Below, piece after piece: positions 7,873-15,373 of a stretch of DNA of 32,000 nt. The notes under the pieces were generated by a model. It saw nothing but the letters and a program-made list of their open reading frames with translations. It did not search any database and was not told the origin of the DNA. The position numbers and the translations under genes are program-made. Source of the DNA: Pyrodictium abyssi (GTDB lineage: Archaea > Thermoproteota > Thermoprotei_A > Sulfolobales > Pyrodictiaceae); NCBI RefSeq assembly GCF_036323395.1, contig NZ_AP028907.1, forward strand, positions 510,001 to 542,000. The letters are read 5' to 3'. Every line of letters starts with the position of its first letter. The first letter of the stretch is position 1.

Positions 7873-8364
7873 CTACGCCTCGAGCTCCCGGAGGAGCCTG
7901 GGCGCGTCGCCGCCTAGCAGTATCTTCCCGCCGTCCTCTGTGACTAGTAGCAGTAGGTTGTCGAGCCTCTCGCTGTGGAGCCTCACCTTGCCGAGGCCGG
8001 CGTCCCTGAAGACGCCGGAGTAGTAGCAGCTGGGTATGTCCGTGCCAGCGGTGAGCCGGAGCACCGGCTGGGCACGGTCTAGGAGCCGTGCCTCCTTCAC
8101 GCCGCCTAGGGGACGCGGAGCACGCCGCAGCAGCCCAGGCGGGCTACCAGGTAGCCGTCCTCGAGGCGCGTGCTCACCCGGCAGAGCCGGGGCAGCAGCG
8201 CCAGCGCGGCGAAGAGCCCGGGGGGCTAGAGCGAGCCAGCCACTGGCCATGTGCGCTGCCCCGGCCGGGCACCACGTCGGGAGCCCCGCCGCACAGACCA
8301 CTGCCAGGAAGACGACTATCCCCGGGAGCATTAGGGTGGCGAGCCAGGCAGCGCAGCTAGACAT
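7873..8364 (-). pseudogene. Membrane protein with C-terminal PH-like/beta-rich domain, apparently frameshifted twice
   Basis: ATG at 8364 gives MSSCAAWLATLMLPGIVVFLAVVCAAG (TM helix). The central part of the listed ORF is Arg/Pro/Ala junk. An alternative minus frame over about 8105-8220 reads PPGLFAALALLPRLCRVSTRLEDGYLVARLGCCGVLRVP*. The listed frame resumes with LGGVKEARLLDRAQPVLRLTAGTDIPSCYYSGVFRDAGLGKVRLHSERLDNLLLLVTEDGGKILLGGDAPRLLRELEA. Confidence 0.4.
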
Positions 8365-8553
8365 AACGCTCCGGCACCGGTGTATAAGCGAGGGGCCTCG
8401 GCGGCGCCCAAAAAGCTCACAGCCCCTCCCCGCGAAGGGGCTCGTCCCCCGCAAGGTGGACGGCTCCTCACTGGCCCCTCACAGTGCCCGGAGCGCCCAG
8501 GCCCCTCATAAGATGGGTGGGCCCCTGGGAGCGGATACAGGCTTTAGAGTCTC

Positions 8554-8581
8554 AGACCCTAGAGTCTGTACTCTAGGGTCT
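8554..8581. promoter_or_regulatory. Perfect 12-bp inverted repeat (operator candidate) just upstream of the DUF234 ATPase gene
   Basis: AGACCCTAGAGT (8554-8565), ctgt, ACTCTAGGGTCT (8570-8581). TAGAGTCT also occurs twice as a direct repeat (8545-8552, 8560-8567). A TTTAGA TATA-like box sits at 8543-8548 and the GTG start at 8589. Confidence 0.4.
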
Positions 8582-8588
8582 GGTACCG

Positions 8589-10013
8589 GTGACGCTGTTC
8601 GTTGACCGTAGGCGGGAGCTAGGCTGGCTCGAGGAGCACTGGAGGAGCGGCCGCGCCGAGCTGCTACTGGTCTACGGGCGCCGCCGGGTCGGGAAGACCC
8701 GGCTCGTGTGGGAGTGGATGAAGGGGCGCCGGGTCTTCTACTTCGTCGCCGAGGAGGTGCCGGAGCAGAGGCTCCTAGAGAAGCTCAGCCGCGAGCTAGC
8801 CGAGTTCACGGGGGACGAGCTGCTCGGGGAGAGGCCGTTTACCAGCTGGAGGCAGGTGTTCCTCTACCTGGCCCGGCTCGCCGAGAGGGAGAGGATAGGC
8901 TTCATAATCGACGAGTTCCAGTACGCCGCGGCCTCTAGCCCCGGGCTCCTATCCACCCTGCAGGCTGTCTGGGACACCAGGCTCTCCGGGACAAGGGCGT
9001 TCATCCTGCTCATGGGGAGCCTTGTCTCCTTCAGCGAGGGCGTGCTGTCCCAGCGTAGCCCCCTCTACGGCCGGCTAACCGGGGTGATGCGGCTCCAGCC
9101 CCTCGGGCCCTTGGAGGCCAGGTGCTTCGTCCCCGGCTGGGCTCCGTGCGACGCTCTCCGCCTCTACGGCGTCTTCGGCGGAGTCCCCGGCTACCTAGCC
9201 GAGGTGGACCCGGGCGAGAGCCTCTGGGAGAACGTCGAGAGGCTCCTCTTGAGGCCCAACGCCAGGTTCCTAGACGAGGCCCGGTATCTGCTCAGGGAGG
9301 AGCTACGCGAGGTGACCCGCTACTACGCGGTACTAGAGGCCATAGCGGGCGGTGCTACGGGCTACGGCGAGATAGCCTCGCGGAGCGGCGTCCCCGGGGA
9401 GAGCCTCTCCAAGTACCTGAGGGTGCTAGAGGAGATGGGCCTAGTGGAGCGCATAGCCCCGGTCATCGGGAGGGGCAGGGCCCGGTACCGGGTCGCCGAC
9501 CGGTTCCTCGAGTTTTGGTTCCGCTACATACCCCGCCACCGGGCCGCCATAGAGCTGGGCCTCTCCAGGAGGGTGGTCGAGGCGGTCAGGAGGGACTTCG
9601 AGGCCAGCCTGGCGCCCCGGGTCTGGGAAGAGGCCCTCGCCTCCATGGTGGCGGCTATGGCGCGCAGCGGAGAACTAGAGATAGTCCCCACCAGGATGGG
9701 GCCCTGGTGGCACCGGGGCATGGAGATAGACCTGGTGGCGGTTGACGAGACTGTGGAGCCTCCACGGCTCCTCGTGGCCGAGGCTAAGTGGTCCGATCTC
9801 ACAGCCAAGGAGGCCCGTAGGGAGCTAGACCGGCTGAGGGCGAAAACCCAGCACCTCCCCGTGAAGCCGTCCCAGGTCCTCTACGTGCTGGCCGCCCGGG
9901 CGCTGCGGGGCCAGCCGAGCCTACTACCCGACGAGCGCGTGCTAACGCTCGAGGACTACGAGAGGCTCAGCCGCGAGGCATGCAGCCCGGGAGCCGGGGG
10001 CGACACCCATTAG
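8589..10013 (+). CDS. Archaeal ATPase family protein (Arch_ATPase + DUF234-type C-terminal PD-(D/E)xK-like domain)
   Basis: Has FVDRRRELGWLEE, Walker A YGRRRVGKT and Walker B FIIDEFQY. A wHTH-like YYAVLEAIAGGATGYGEIASRSGV...LSKYLRVLEEMGLVER follows. The C-terminal EIDLVAV (D at 9729-9731) ... LVAEAKW (E 9780-9782, K 9786-9788) completes it. Confidence 0.85.
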   Translation: MTLFVDRRRELGWLEEHWRSGRAELLLVYGRRRVGKTRLVWEWMKGRRVFYFVAEEVPEQRLLEKLSRELAEFTGDELLGERPFTSWRQVFLYLARLAERERIGFIIDEFQYAAASSPGLLSTLQAVWDTRLSGTRAFILLMGSLVSFSEGVLSQRSPLYGRLTGVMRLQPLGPLEARCFVPGWAPCDALRLYGVFGGVPGYLAEVDPGESLWENVERLLLRPNARFLDEARYLLREELREVTRYYAVLEAIAGGATGYGEIASRSGVPGESLSKYLRVLEEMGLVERIAPVIGRGRARYRVADRFLEFWFRYIPRHRAAIELGLSRRVVEAVRRDFEASLAPRVWEEALASMVAAMARSGELEIVPTRMGPWWHRGMEIDLVAVDETVEPPRLLVAEAKWSDLTAKEARRELDRLRAKTQHLPVKPSQVLYVLAARALRGQPSLLPDERVLTLEDYERLSREACSPGAGGDTH

Positions 10014-10050
10014 CCCCCGCCAGGCTATAAGGGGCGGGGCTGCGTCTGCG

Positions 10051-11097
10051 GTGAGGCTCCAGCTAGACCAGCTATGGGAGCAACAGGGGCTAGCAGCCGG
10101 GGCCTACGCGGCGGCCTGGAGCCCCGGCTGCAGCAGGCTGGCGGCGCTCAGCGGCGAGAGCCTCCTCATCTACGAGGCCGGGGACGGTGGGCCCCGCCTC
10201 CTCCTAGAGGCGCGGCCCCGGCTCGGCAAGCTCCACGGCCTCGCCTGGAGCCCCGACGGCCGCTACATAGCCCTCGCAGGGGACACGGCTGCGCTAGCGG
10301 TGGTTGACGCGGAGACCGGGGAGACGCTCTACCGTGACCGGGGCCTAGGCCTAGCAGTAAGGTGGGCGGGGGACAGGATAGCAGCCGGCGGCTGGGGCTA
10401 CGTAGCACTCTACCGGTGGCGCGGCGGAGGAGCCGAGAAGGAGTGGGAGAAGACGGTCGAGGGCGCCAGCATAGAAGGGGGTGGCAGAGCCTGGTTCCTC
10501 GCGGCCTCGGCAGTGGAGCTGGCGGGCAACACCGTGCTGGCGGCGGGCTGGTACAGCGAGCGGGGCAGGCTACGCGCAGCGCTGGTAGCCGTGCCGGCCG
10601 GCGGCGAGCCGCGGCTCTACGGGCCCGGGGACCTCGGGCTCCCTGTGCACCGCGACACGATGGCCACGTGGATCAAGGCCAGCAGGGGCGGCGTCGCGGC
10701 TGTCTCGACCCACGAGCAGAGCGGGGAGCAGGCGGGCAGGATACTCGTCCTCCGCGCCACCAGCACCGGGGGTGTCGGCAGGATAGCGGAGCACACGGCC
10801 CAGGGCCCCCTCTACAGCCTCACATGGGCCATAGGCTCGGTAGTGCTAGCAGGCGGCAGCCAGCGTATAGAAGCGTTCCGGCTAGAACTGGAGCTAAACA
10901 GGCTCCGCCGAGCCGATGTAAGGCTCCAGGGCAAGCCGCTGAGCGGCCCCGTGAGGAGCCTCGACTACTGCAGCGAGGCGGACACGCTAGCCGCGGTCGT
11001 GGCGAGGAGGCTCCGGCTCTACCGGCTCGAGGTGCTAGAGGAGGACCCCCTGCCCTGGCTAGCCCAGAGGTACATGGGCTCCCCGGGCCAGGGGTGA
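10051..11097 (+). CDS. WD40/YVTN-like beta-propeller repeat protein (hypothetical)
   Basis: Shows repeated blade-like segments AAWSPGCSRLAALSGESLLIY and LAWSPDGRYIALAGDTAALAVVDAETGETLY. GTG start 38 nt after the previous gene's stop, same strand. Confidence 0.55.
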   Translation: MRLQLDQLWEQQGLAAGAYAAAWSPGCSRLAALSGESLLIYEAGDGGPRLLLEARPRLGKLHGLAWSPDGRYIALAGDTAALAVVDAETGETLYRDRGLGLAVRWAGDRIAAGGWGYVALYRWRGGGAEKEWEKTVEGASIEGGGRAWFLAASAVELAGNTVLAAGWYSERGRLRAALVAVPAGGEPRLYGPGDLGLPVHRDTMATWIKASRGGVAAVSTHEQSGEQAGRILVLRATSTGGVGRIAEHTAQGPLYSLTWAIGSVVLAGGSQRIEAFRLELELNRLRRADVRLQGKPLSGPVRSLDYCSEADTLAAVVARRLRLYRLEVLEEDPLPWLAQRYMGSPGQG

Positions 11098-11202
11098 CGG
11101 GCTCTGTTGCGCCCGGCTCTGAGGATATAGCCGTCATCGCGTCCGGTGCTCCCGGGTAGGGGTGGCCCCGGCACGGCAGGCACAGCCGGCAGGAAGAAGA
11201 GC

Positions 11203-13638
11203 ATGAGGATAACTGTTGATGAGCAGCGACAGGCGGCTATGAAGCTGCGTGTGCTCGGCATGCACTGTGCGAACTGCGCCGTGACGATCGAGAAGGCTCT
11301 GCGCAGAGTAAGGGGCGTCAAAAGGGCCTCGGTGAACTTCGCCACCGGGGAGGCAGTGGTCGAGCTCGACCCCTCGGCAGCGAGCCTCGGGGAGATAGTA
11401 AGGGCTGTGCGCGACGCTGGCTACGACGTCTACCGCGAGGAAGCCGTGCTCATAGTCGAGAATCTTAGCACGCCCAGCGACGAGCTCACAGTAGAGAACC
11501 GGCTGTCAAGGATACCGGGCGTCGTCGAGGCTAGGGCCCTCCACGCCGCCAAGAAGGTGATAGTGGCCTACAACCCCCTAGCAGTGACTGTCGACGAGAT
11601 ACGGGAGCAGCTAGAGTCGATGGGCTACCGCGTGGCGAGGGTCGCGGCCGAGGAGACAGGTCTCGAGGACATCGAGCAGAGGATAGCAGAGCGCGAGGTC
11701 GCCGAGCTGAAGCGGCTCGTGCTCCTCACCCTCCCGCCCTCGATTGCACTGGGCCTGCTAATGTACCTGGGTAGGCCCCTGCTGGGTCTCCCCAAGCACG
11801 TGGTCGACCTCGCGGGCCTCCTGGTAGCCACGTTCGTGCTAGCGGTCGGAGGGCGCAGGTTCTTCGCCGGCGCAGCTAGGTCGCTGAGGAACCTGTCGGC
11901 CGGCATGGATACCCTTGTAGTCCTCGGCAGCGGCGCCGCCTATGTCCTCAGTATAGCTGCTATGCTAGGCCTCCTGGAGTCCGAGACGTACTTCGAGGCA
12001 CCAGCATTCATAGTCTCCTTCATACTGCTGGGCAGGCTCATTGAGGCGAAGATGAAGCTGCGTACCGGCGAGGCGGTCCGGAAGCTGCTCGAGCTACAGC
12101 CCCCGGTAGCGAGGCTGGTAAGGAATGGAACCGAGGAGGGGGTTCCGCTAAGCCGTGTCCGTGTCGGAGACCTAGTCGCCGTGAAGCTTGGCGAGCGGAT
12201 ACCGGTCGACGGCGTCGTCGAGGAGGGCCACGGCTACGTTGACGAGTCGATGGTGACCGGCGAGCCCGTACCCGTGGAGAAGAAGCCAGGCAGCCCCGTG
12301 ATAGCCGGGACCCTGCTAACGACGGGCTACCTCCGTGTCCGCGTAACGCGCGTAGGCCGGGACACAGTGCTCGCCCAGATAGTCAAGCTCGTGAGGCAGG
12401 CCCAGGCCGGCAAACCCCCGATACAGCGCCTCGTCGACAGAGTCGCTGGCGTGTTCGCGTGGCTCGTCATGGGGATCGCGGTGGCGACATTCACCTACTG
12501 GTACCTCGTGGAGGGCCTGCCGCTCGGAAAGGCACTCGTCTTCCTCGCCTCCGTGCTGCTCATCGCCTGCCCCTGCGCCCTAGGCCTAGCCTCACCCCTA
12601 GCAGTGGTCGCAGGGCTCGGCCACGCTGCGAGACGCGGCGTGGTGATAAGGAACGTCGAGTGCGTAGAGAAGGCGGCCAAGCTGACAATGGTTGTCTTCG
12701 ATAAGACGGGTACCCTCACAGTCGGCCGCCCAGAGGTCGTAGAGGTGAAGGCCTACGGCCTCCCGGAGGACCAGCTGCTAGCCCTAGCCGCGGCAGCCGA
12801 GAAGAGGAGCGAGCACCCGATAGCAAGATCCATCGTGGAAGCAGCCAGCAGGGCTGGGGCCGAGCCCCCGGAGCTAGAGAGCTTCACACCGATCCCCGGC
12901 CAGGGCGTCGTAGCAGTAGTCTCCGGCAGGACAGTGGCAGTGGGCAACGAGAAGCTGATGAAGGGCTTCGAGGTGGACACCTCCCGGGCCGAGAAGGACG
13001 CAGAGAGGCTCCGCGAGCTAGGCGCGACAATAGTATACGTCGCGGTAGACGGCCAGCTAGCCGGCATACTAGCGGTCGCCGACAAGCCTAGGCCCCACGC
13101 ACGCGAGGTCATCGAGACCCTGCGCCGCATGGGGCTACGCGTAGCAATGCTGACCGGCGACAACCGGACAACAGCCCACGCCGTGGCCAGGCAACTGGGC
13201 ATAGACCACGTCATAGCCGAGGCAAGCCCAGAGGACAAGGCGGACGAGATACGCAGGCTTCAGCGCAGCGGCGAGGTCGTAGCGATGGTCGGCGACGGGG
13301 TCAACGACGCGGCGAGCCTCGCACAGGCCGACGTAGGCATAGCCATGGGGCGAGGCACCGACATAGCCAAGGAGGCCGGCGACATAGTCCTCGTACGCGA
13401 CGACCTACGCGGAGTCATAACAGCCATAAGGGCCGCCAGGGGCATCTACAGGCTCATCAAGCTAAACCTCCTCTGGGCCTTCCTCTACAACGCAACCCTA
13501 ATCCCAATCGCGGCAGGCGCACTCTACTCCTCACACGGAGTCATGCTGCGCCCAGAGGCAGCGGCAGCAGCCATGGCGCTAAGCTCCATATCCGTGACCC
13601 TCAACACGCTAATCCTAAGCAAGCGCATAATACGGTGA
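11203..13638 (+). CDS. copA: Copper-translocating P1B-type ATPase
   Basis: HMA domain with GMHCANC, CPC motif ACPCALGLASP, phosphorylation site FDKTGTLT, HP motif SEHPIA, and MLTGDN and VGDGVNDA. ATG 11203 is preferred over the TTG at 11146. Confidence 0.95.
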   Translation: MRITVDEQRQAAMKLRVLGMHCANCAVTIEKALRRVRGVKRASVNFATGEAVVELDPSAASLGEIVRAVRDAGYDVYREEAVLIVENLSTPSDELTVENRLSRIPGVVEARALHAAKKVIVAYNPLAVTVDEIREQLESMGYRVARVAAEETGLEDIEQRIAEREVAELKRLVLLTLPPSIALGLLMYLGRPLLGLPKHVVDLAGLLVATFVLAVGGRRFFAGAARSLRNLSAGMDTLVVLGSGAAYVLSIAAMLGLLESETYFEAPAFIVSFILLGRLIEAKMKLRTGEAVRKLLELQPPVARLVRNGTEEGVPLSRVRVGDLVAVKLGERIPVDGVVEEGHGYVDESMVTGEPVPVEKKPGSPVIAGTLLTTGYLRVRVTRVGRDTVLAQIVKLVRQAQAGKPPIQRLVDRVAGVFAWLVMGIAVATFTYWYLVEGLPLGKALVFLASVLLIACPCALGLASPLAVVAGLGHAARRGVVIRNVECVEKAAKLTMVVFDKTGTLTVGRPEVVEVKAYGLPEDQLLALAAAAEKRSEHPIARSIVEAASRAGAEPPELESFTPIPGQGVVAVVSGRTVAVGNEKLMKGFEVDTSRAEKDAERLRELGATIVYVAVDGQLAGILAVADKPRPHAREVIETLRRMGLRVAMLTGDNRTTAHAVARQLGIDHVIAEASPEDKADEIRRLQRSGEVVAMVGDGVNDAASLAQADVGIAMGRGTDIAKEAGDIVLVRDDLRGVITAIRAARGIYRLIKLNLLWAFLYNATLIPIAAGALYSSHGVMLRPEAAAAAMALSSISVTLNTLILSKRIIR

Positions 13639-13784
13639 CACACAGCGGCCTCCAGGACGCTACGCCAGCCATGACACGCCATGGACGGGTAGCCCTGGGG
13701 CGGGCTACACCCCGGGTAGCAGGCGGCTAGAACCAGAAAACACCGGAGACTGTCTAAGCCAATACAAACCCGGAGGGAGAAGGT

Positions 13785-13976
13785 ATGGCCAGCCACGAGG
13801 CGGTGGACCCCGTCTGCGGGATGAAGGTAGACCCCCAGAAGACGCCCTACAGGACAGTCTACCGGGGCCGGATATACTACTTCTGCAGCCCGATGTGCAA
13901 GAAGGAGTTCGAGAAGAACCCAGACTACTACCTAGAGCACGGCCCACAGGGCATGCCAGGCCACAACCACGGCTAG
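13785..13976 (+). CDS. TRASH/YHS-domain metal-binding protein (CopM-like copper chaperone)
   Basis: 63 aa with DPVCGMKVDP...YYFCSPMCKKEFEKNP, the TRASH/YHS cysteine pattern, and a His/Met-rich tail GMPGHNHG. GGAGGGAG Shine-Dalgarno-like element upstream; adjacent to copA. Confidence 0.85.
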   Translation: MASHEAVDPVCGMKVDPQKTPYRTVYRGRIYYFCSPMCKKEFEKNPDYYLEHGPQGMPGHNHG

Positions 13977-14062
13977 AACGCGCCAGTTGCTAGATGATAT
14001 ACAGCAGCCCGGTCCATGATAACAGTGTAAATAGGGACTACGTCGTGCTATGATAGCTGAAA

Positions 14063-14067
14063 TTTTT
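14063..14067 (+). terminator. Oligo-T tract downstream of the TRASH gene
   Basis: gaaaTTTTTctt lies about 87 nt after the stop at 13976 in an AT-rich spacer. Confidence 0.25.
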
Positions 14068-14075
14068 CTTGTATA

Positions 14076-14114
14076 GTAAAGTGTGTAGTAAAGTCCCGTA
14101 GGCTCGTAAAGTGT
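14076..14114. repeat. Three direct copies of GTAAAGT(GT) in the AT-rich spacer
   Basis: GTAAAGTGT at 14076-14084, GTAAAGT at 14088-14094 and GTAAAGTGT at 14106-14114. Confidence 0.5.
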
Positions 14115-14306
14115 CTCGGGGCATCATATCCTGGAGGCTCCGTGTAATGCTCTTATTACCTGTCTTCTGGTACGAGCCATGGAGCGTTCCCCGGCCAGTT
14201 TGTAGTAGCGGAGGTGGGGGCCTGCCTTAGCCTCTTGCTTGCCTCGGTGGTGCTCGTCTGGGGCTGTACATGGGTCTAGTGGAGAGTGGCTAGCCTTCAC
14301 TCCGAG

Positions 14307-14315
14307 GCTTAAACC
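14307..14315 (+). promoter_or_regulatory. GCTTAAACC BRE/TATA-like box for the 14365 gene
   Basis: aGGCTTAAACCtTGG at 14305-14318 lies about 50 nt upstream of ATG 14365. A near-identical 14-mer sits at 15330-15343 upstream of mscS. Confidence 0.4.
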
Positions 14316-14364
14316 TTGGTCCTAGATGCTCGGGGTTGACGCATACTAGGAGGATTTGGAGGGT

Positions 14365-15186
14365 ATGGTGTCCCGGAGCGAGTTTTGGGGTAGACTACTC
14401 CAGCACTTGTCTGGTATCGTCGAGGGCCTCGGGGAGGGCGAGTGCAGCAAGCCGCTGAGCCTCGCGGAGGCTGCTGCGGACATCGGCGTAGACTACGGTA
14501 GGGTGAAGGCGCCTCAGCTGATCTCGATAGACGTGCTCGAGGACCTTCCGCGTGTCCTGCGCAGCCACGGCTTGTACGTGGTTAGGCTTGGGCAGTACCA
14601 TACGGGTAGGGCGTCGTTTATACTGTGCAGAGCCCGGCCCGGCTACCGGAGGGAGGTGCTCCGCCCGGAAGACGTCTCGGCTGCTCCTCGTCTCCCCGTT
14701 GAGCCCAGGCAGCCGCCCCGCTGGGTCGTGGAGCTAGCTGGGCACCTGGGCGCCGAGGCGCTGGCCTCAGTAGCAGCGGTCGAGCTGGTCGAGGCGCTGG
14801 CCCGGGGCGGGAAGGTCTACATGTTGTCGTCGCTACGCTTCGGCAACGCGGTGTTCCGGTTCCAGCCATCCAGCTGCTCGGAGACATACACCTACCGTGG
14901 CCAGGTTGAGGTGGATGCTGTGCTGGGAGAGGGCAGCGTCTACACGCTCGAGGCGAAGACGCTTAGCAGGAGGCGCTCGGTCTTCAAGTACAAGATCGCC
15001 TTCTCCGCGCAGGCGCTCGCGGAGACGCTCGGGCAAGAGGTGCATCCGCTGGTAGCCTTCGTGGAGAAACGCGGCGGCTCCCTAGCAGCCGTGGCGGCCC
15101 TACTAGCCCCGGCAGCCGTGCCGGGTACGCCCTACCCTGTTGAGGAGATGAGGCCCCGTGTCAGGCTAGCCGTGGAGATACTGTAG
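14365..15186 (+). CDS. Hypothetical protein with PD-(D/E)xK nuclease-like motif
   Basis: GGAGG at 14349-14353 is 11 nt before ATG 14365; the track start TTG 14356 is less likely. The C-terminal half has YRGQVEVDAVL (D 14914-14916) ... SVYTLEAKT (E 14950-14952, K 14956-14958), the classic hD...ExK arrangement. No named family recognised. Confidence 0.5.
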   Translation: MVSRSEFWGRLLQHLSGIVEGLGEGECSKPLSLAEAAADIGVDYGRVKAPQLISIDVLEDLPRVLRSHGLYVVRLGQYHTGRASFILCRARPGYRREVLRPEDVSAAPRLPVEPRQPPRWVVELAGHLGAEALASVAAVELVEALARGGKVYMLSSLRFGNAVFRFQPSSCSETYTYRGQVEVDAVLGEGSVYTLEAKTLSRRRSVFKYKIAFSAQALAETLGQEVHPLVAFVEKRGGSLAAVAALLAPAAVPGTPYPVEEMRPRVRLAVEIL

Positions 15187-15331
15187 CGCAGGGGGAGAAC
15201 CCGGGACCGTGGGCACTGGGGGTTGGGCGCCGCCCGTGTGGACCCCGCCCTCATCCCTTCCCGGGGTGCCGCCCCGGCGTCGTGGGCGGGTGAGCCGCCC
15301 GCCCGGTGTAGCGCCTCCTAGGGGCCCTGGG

Positions 15332-15340
15332 GCTTAAACC
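15332..15340 (+). promoter_or_regulatory. GCTTAAACC BRE/TATA-like box for mscS
   Basis: gGGCTTAAACCcTGG at 15330-15343 is about 35-40 nt upstream of GTG 15374. Confidence 0.4.
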
Positions 15341-15373
15341 CTGGGCTCTCCTGGGCTATGGTAAGAGTGTAGC

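Noticed and set aside
8036-8605. Plus-strand 189-aa ORF opposite the frameshifted membrane-protein gene
   Set aside because: About half the residues are Arg/Pro/Ala/Gly/Ser, and there is no motif. It crosses the intergenic palindrome into the next gene's start, so it is judged spurious.
9122-11159. Alternative-frame ORFs 9122-9745 and 10362-11159 (207 and 265 aa) within the ATPase and propeller genes
   Set aside because: The composition is extremely Arg/Gly/Pro-rich, and the overlapping frames carry the recognisable Walker, wHTH and WD-like motifs.
13990-14062. Possible C/D-box sRNA (AGATGAT, ATGATAA, ATGATAGCTGA strings)
   Set aside because: None of the candidate C boxes matches RUGAUGA exactly. 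The C/D'/C'/D spacing (about 12-nt guides) cannot be laid out, and no terminal stem was found.
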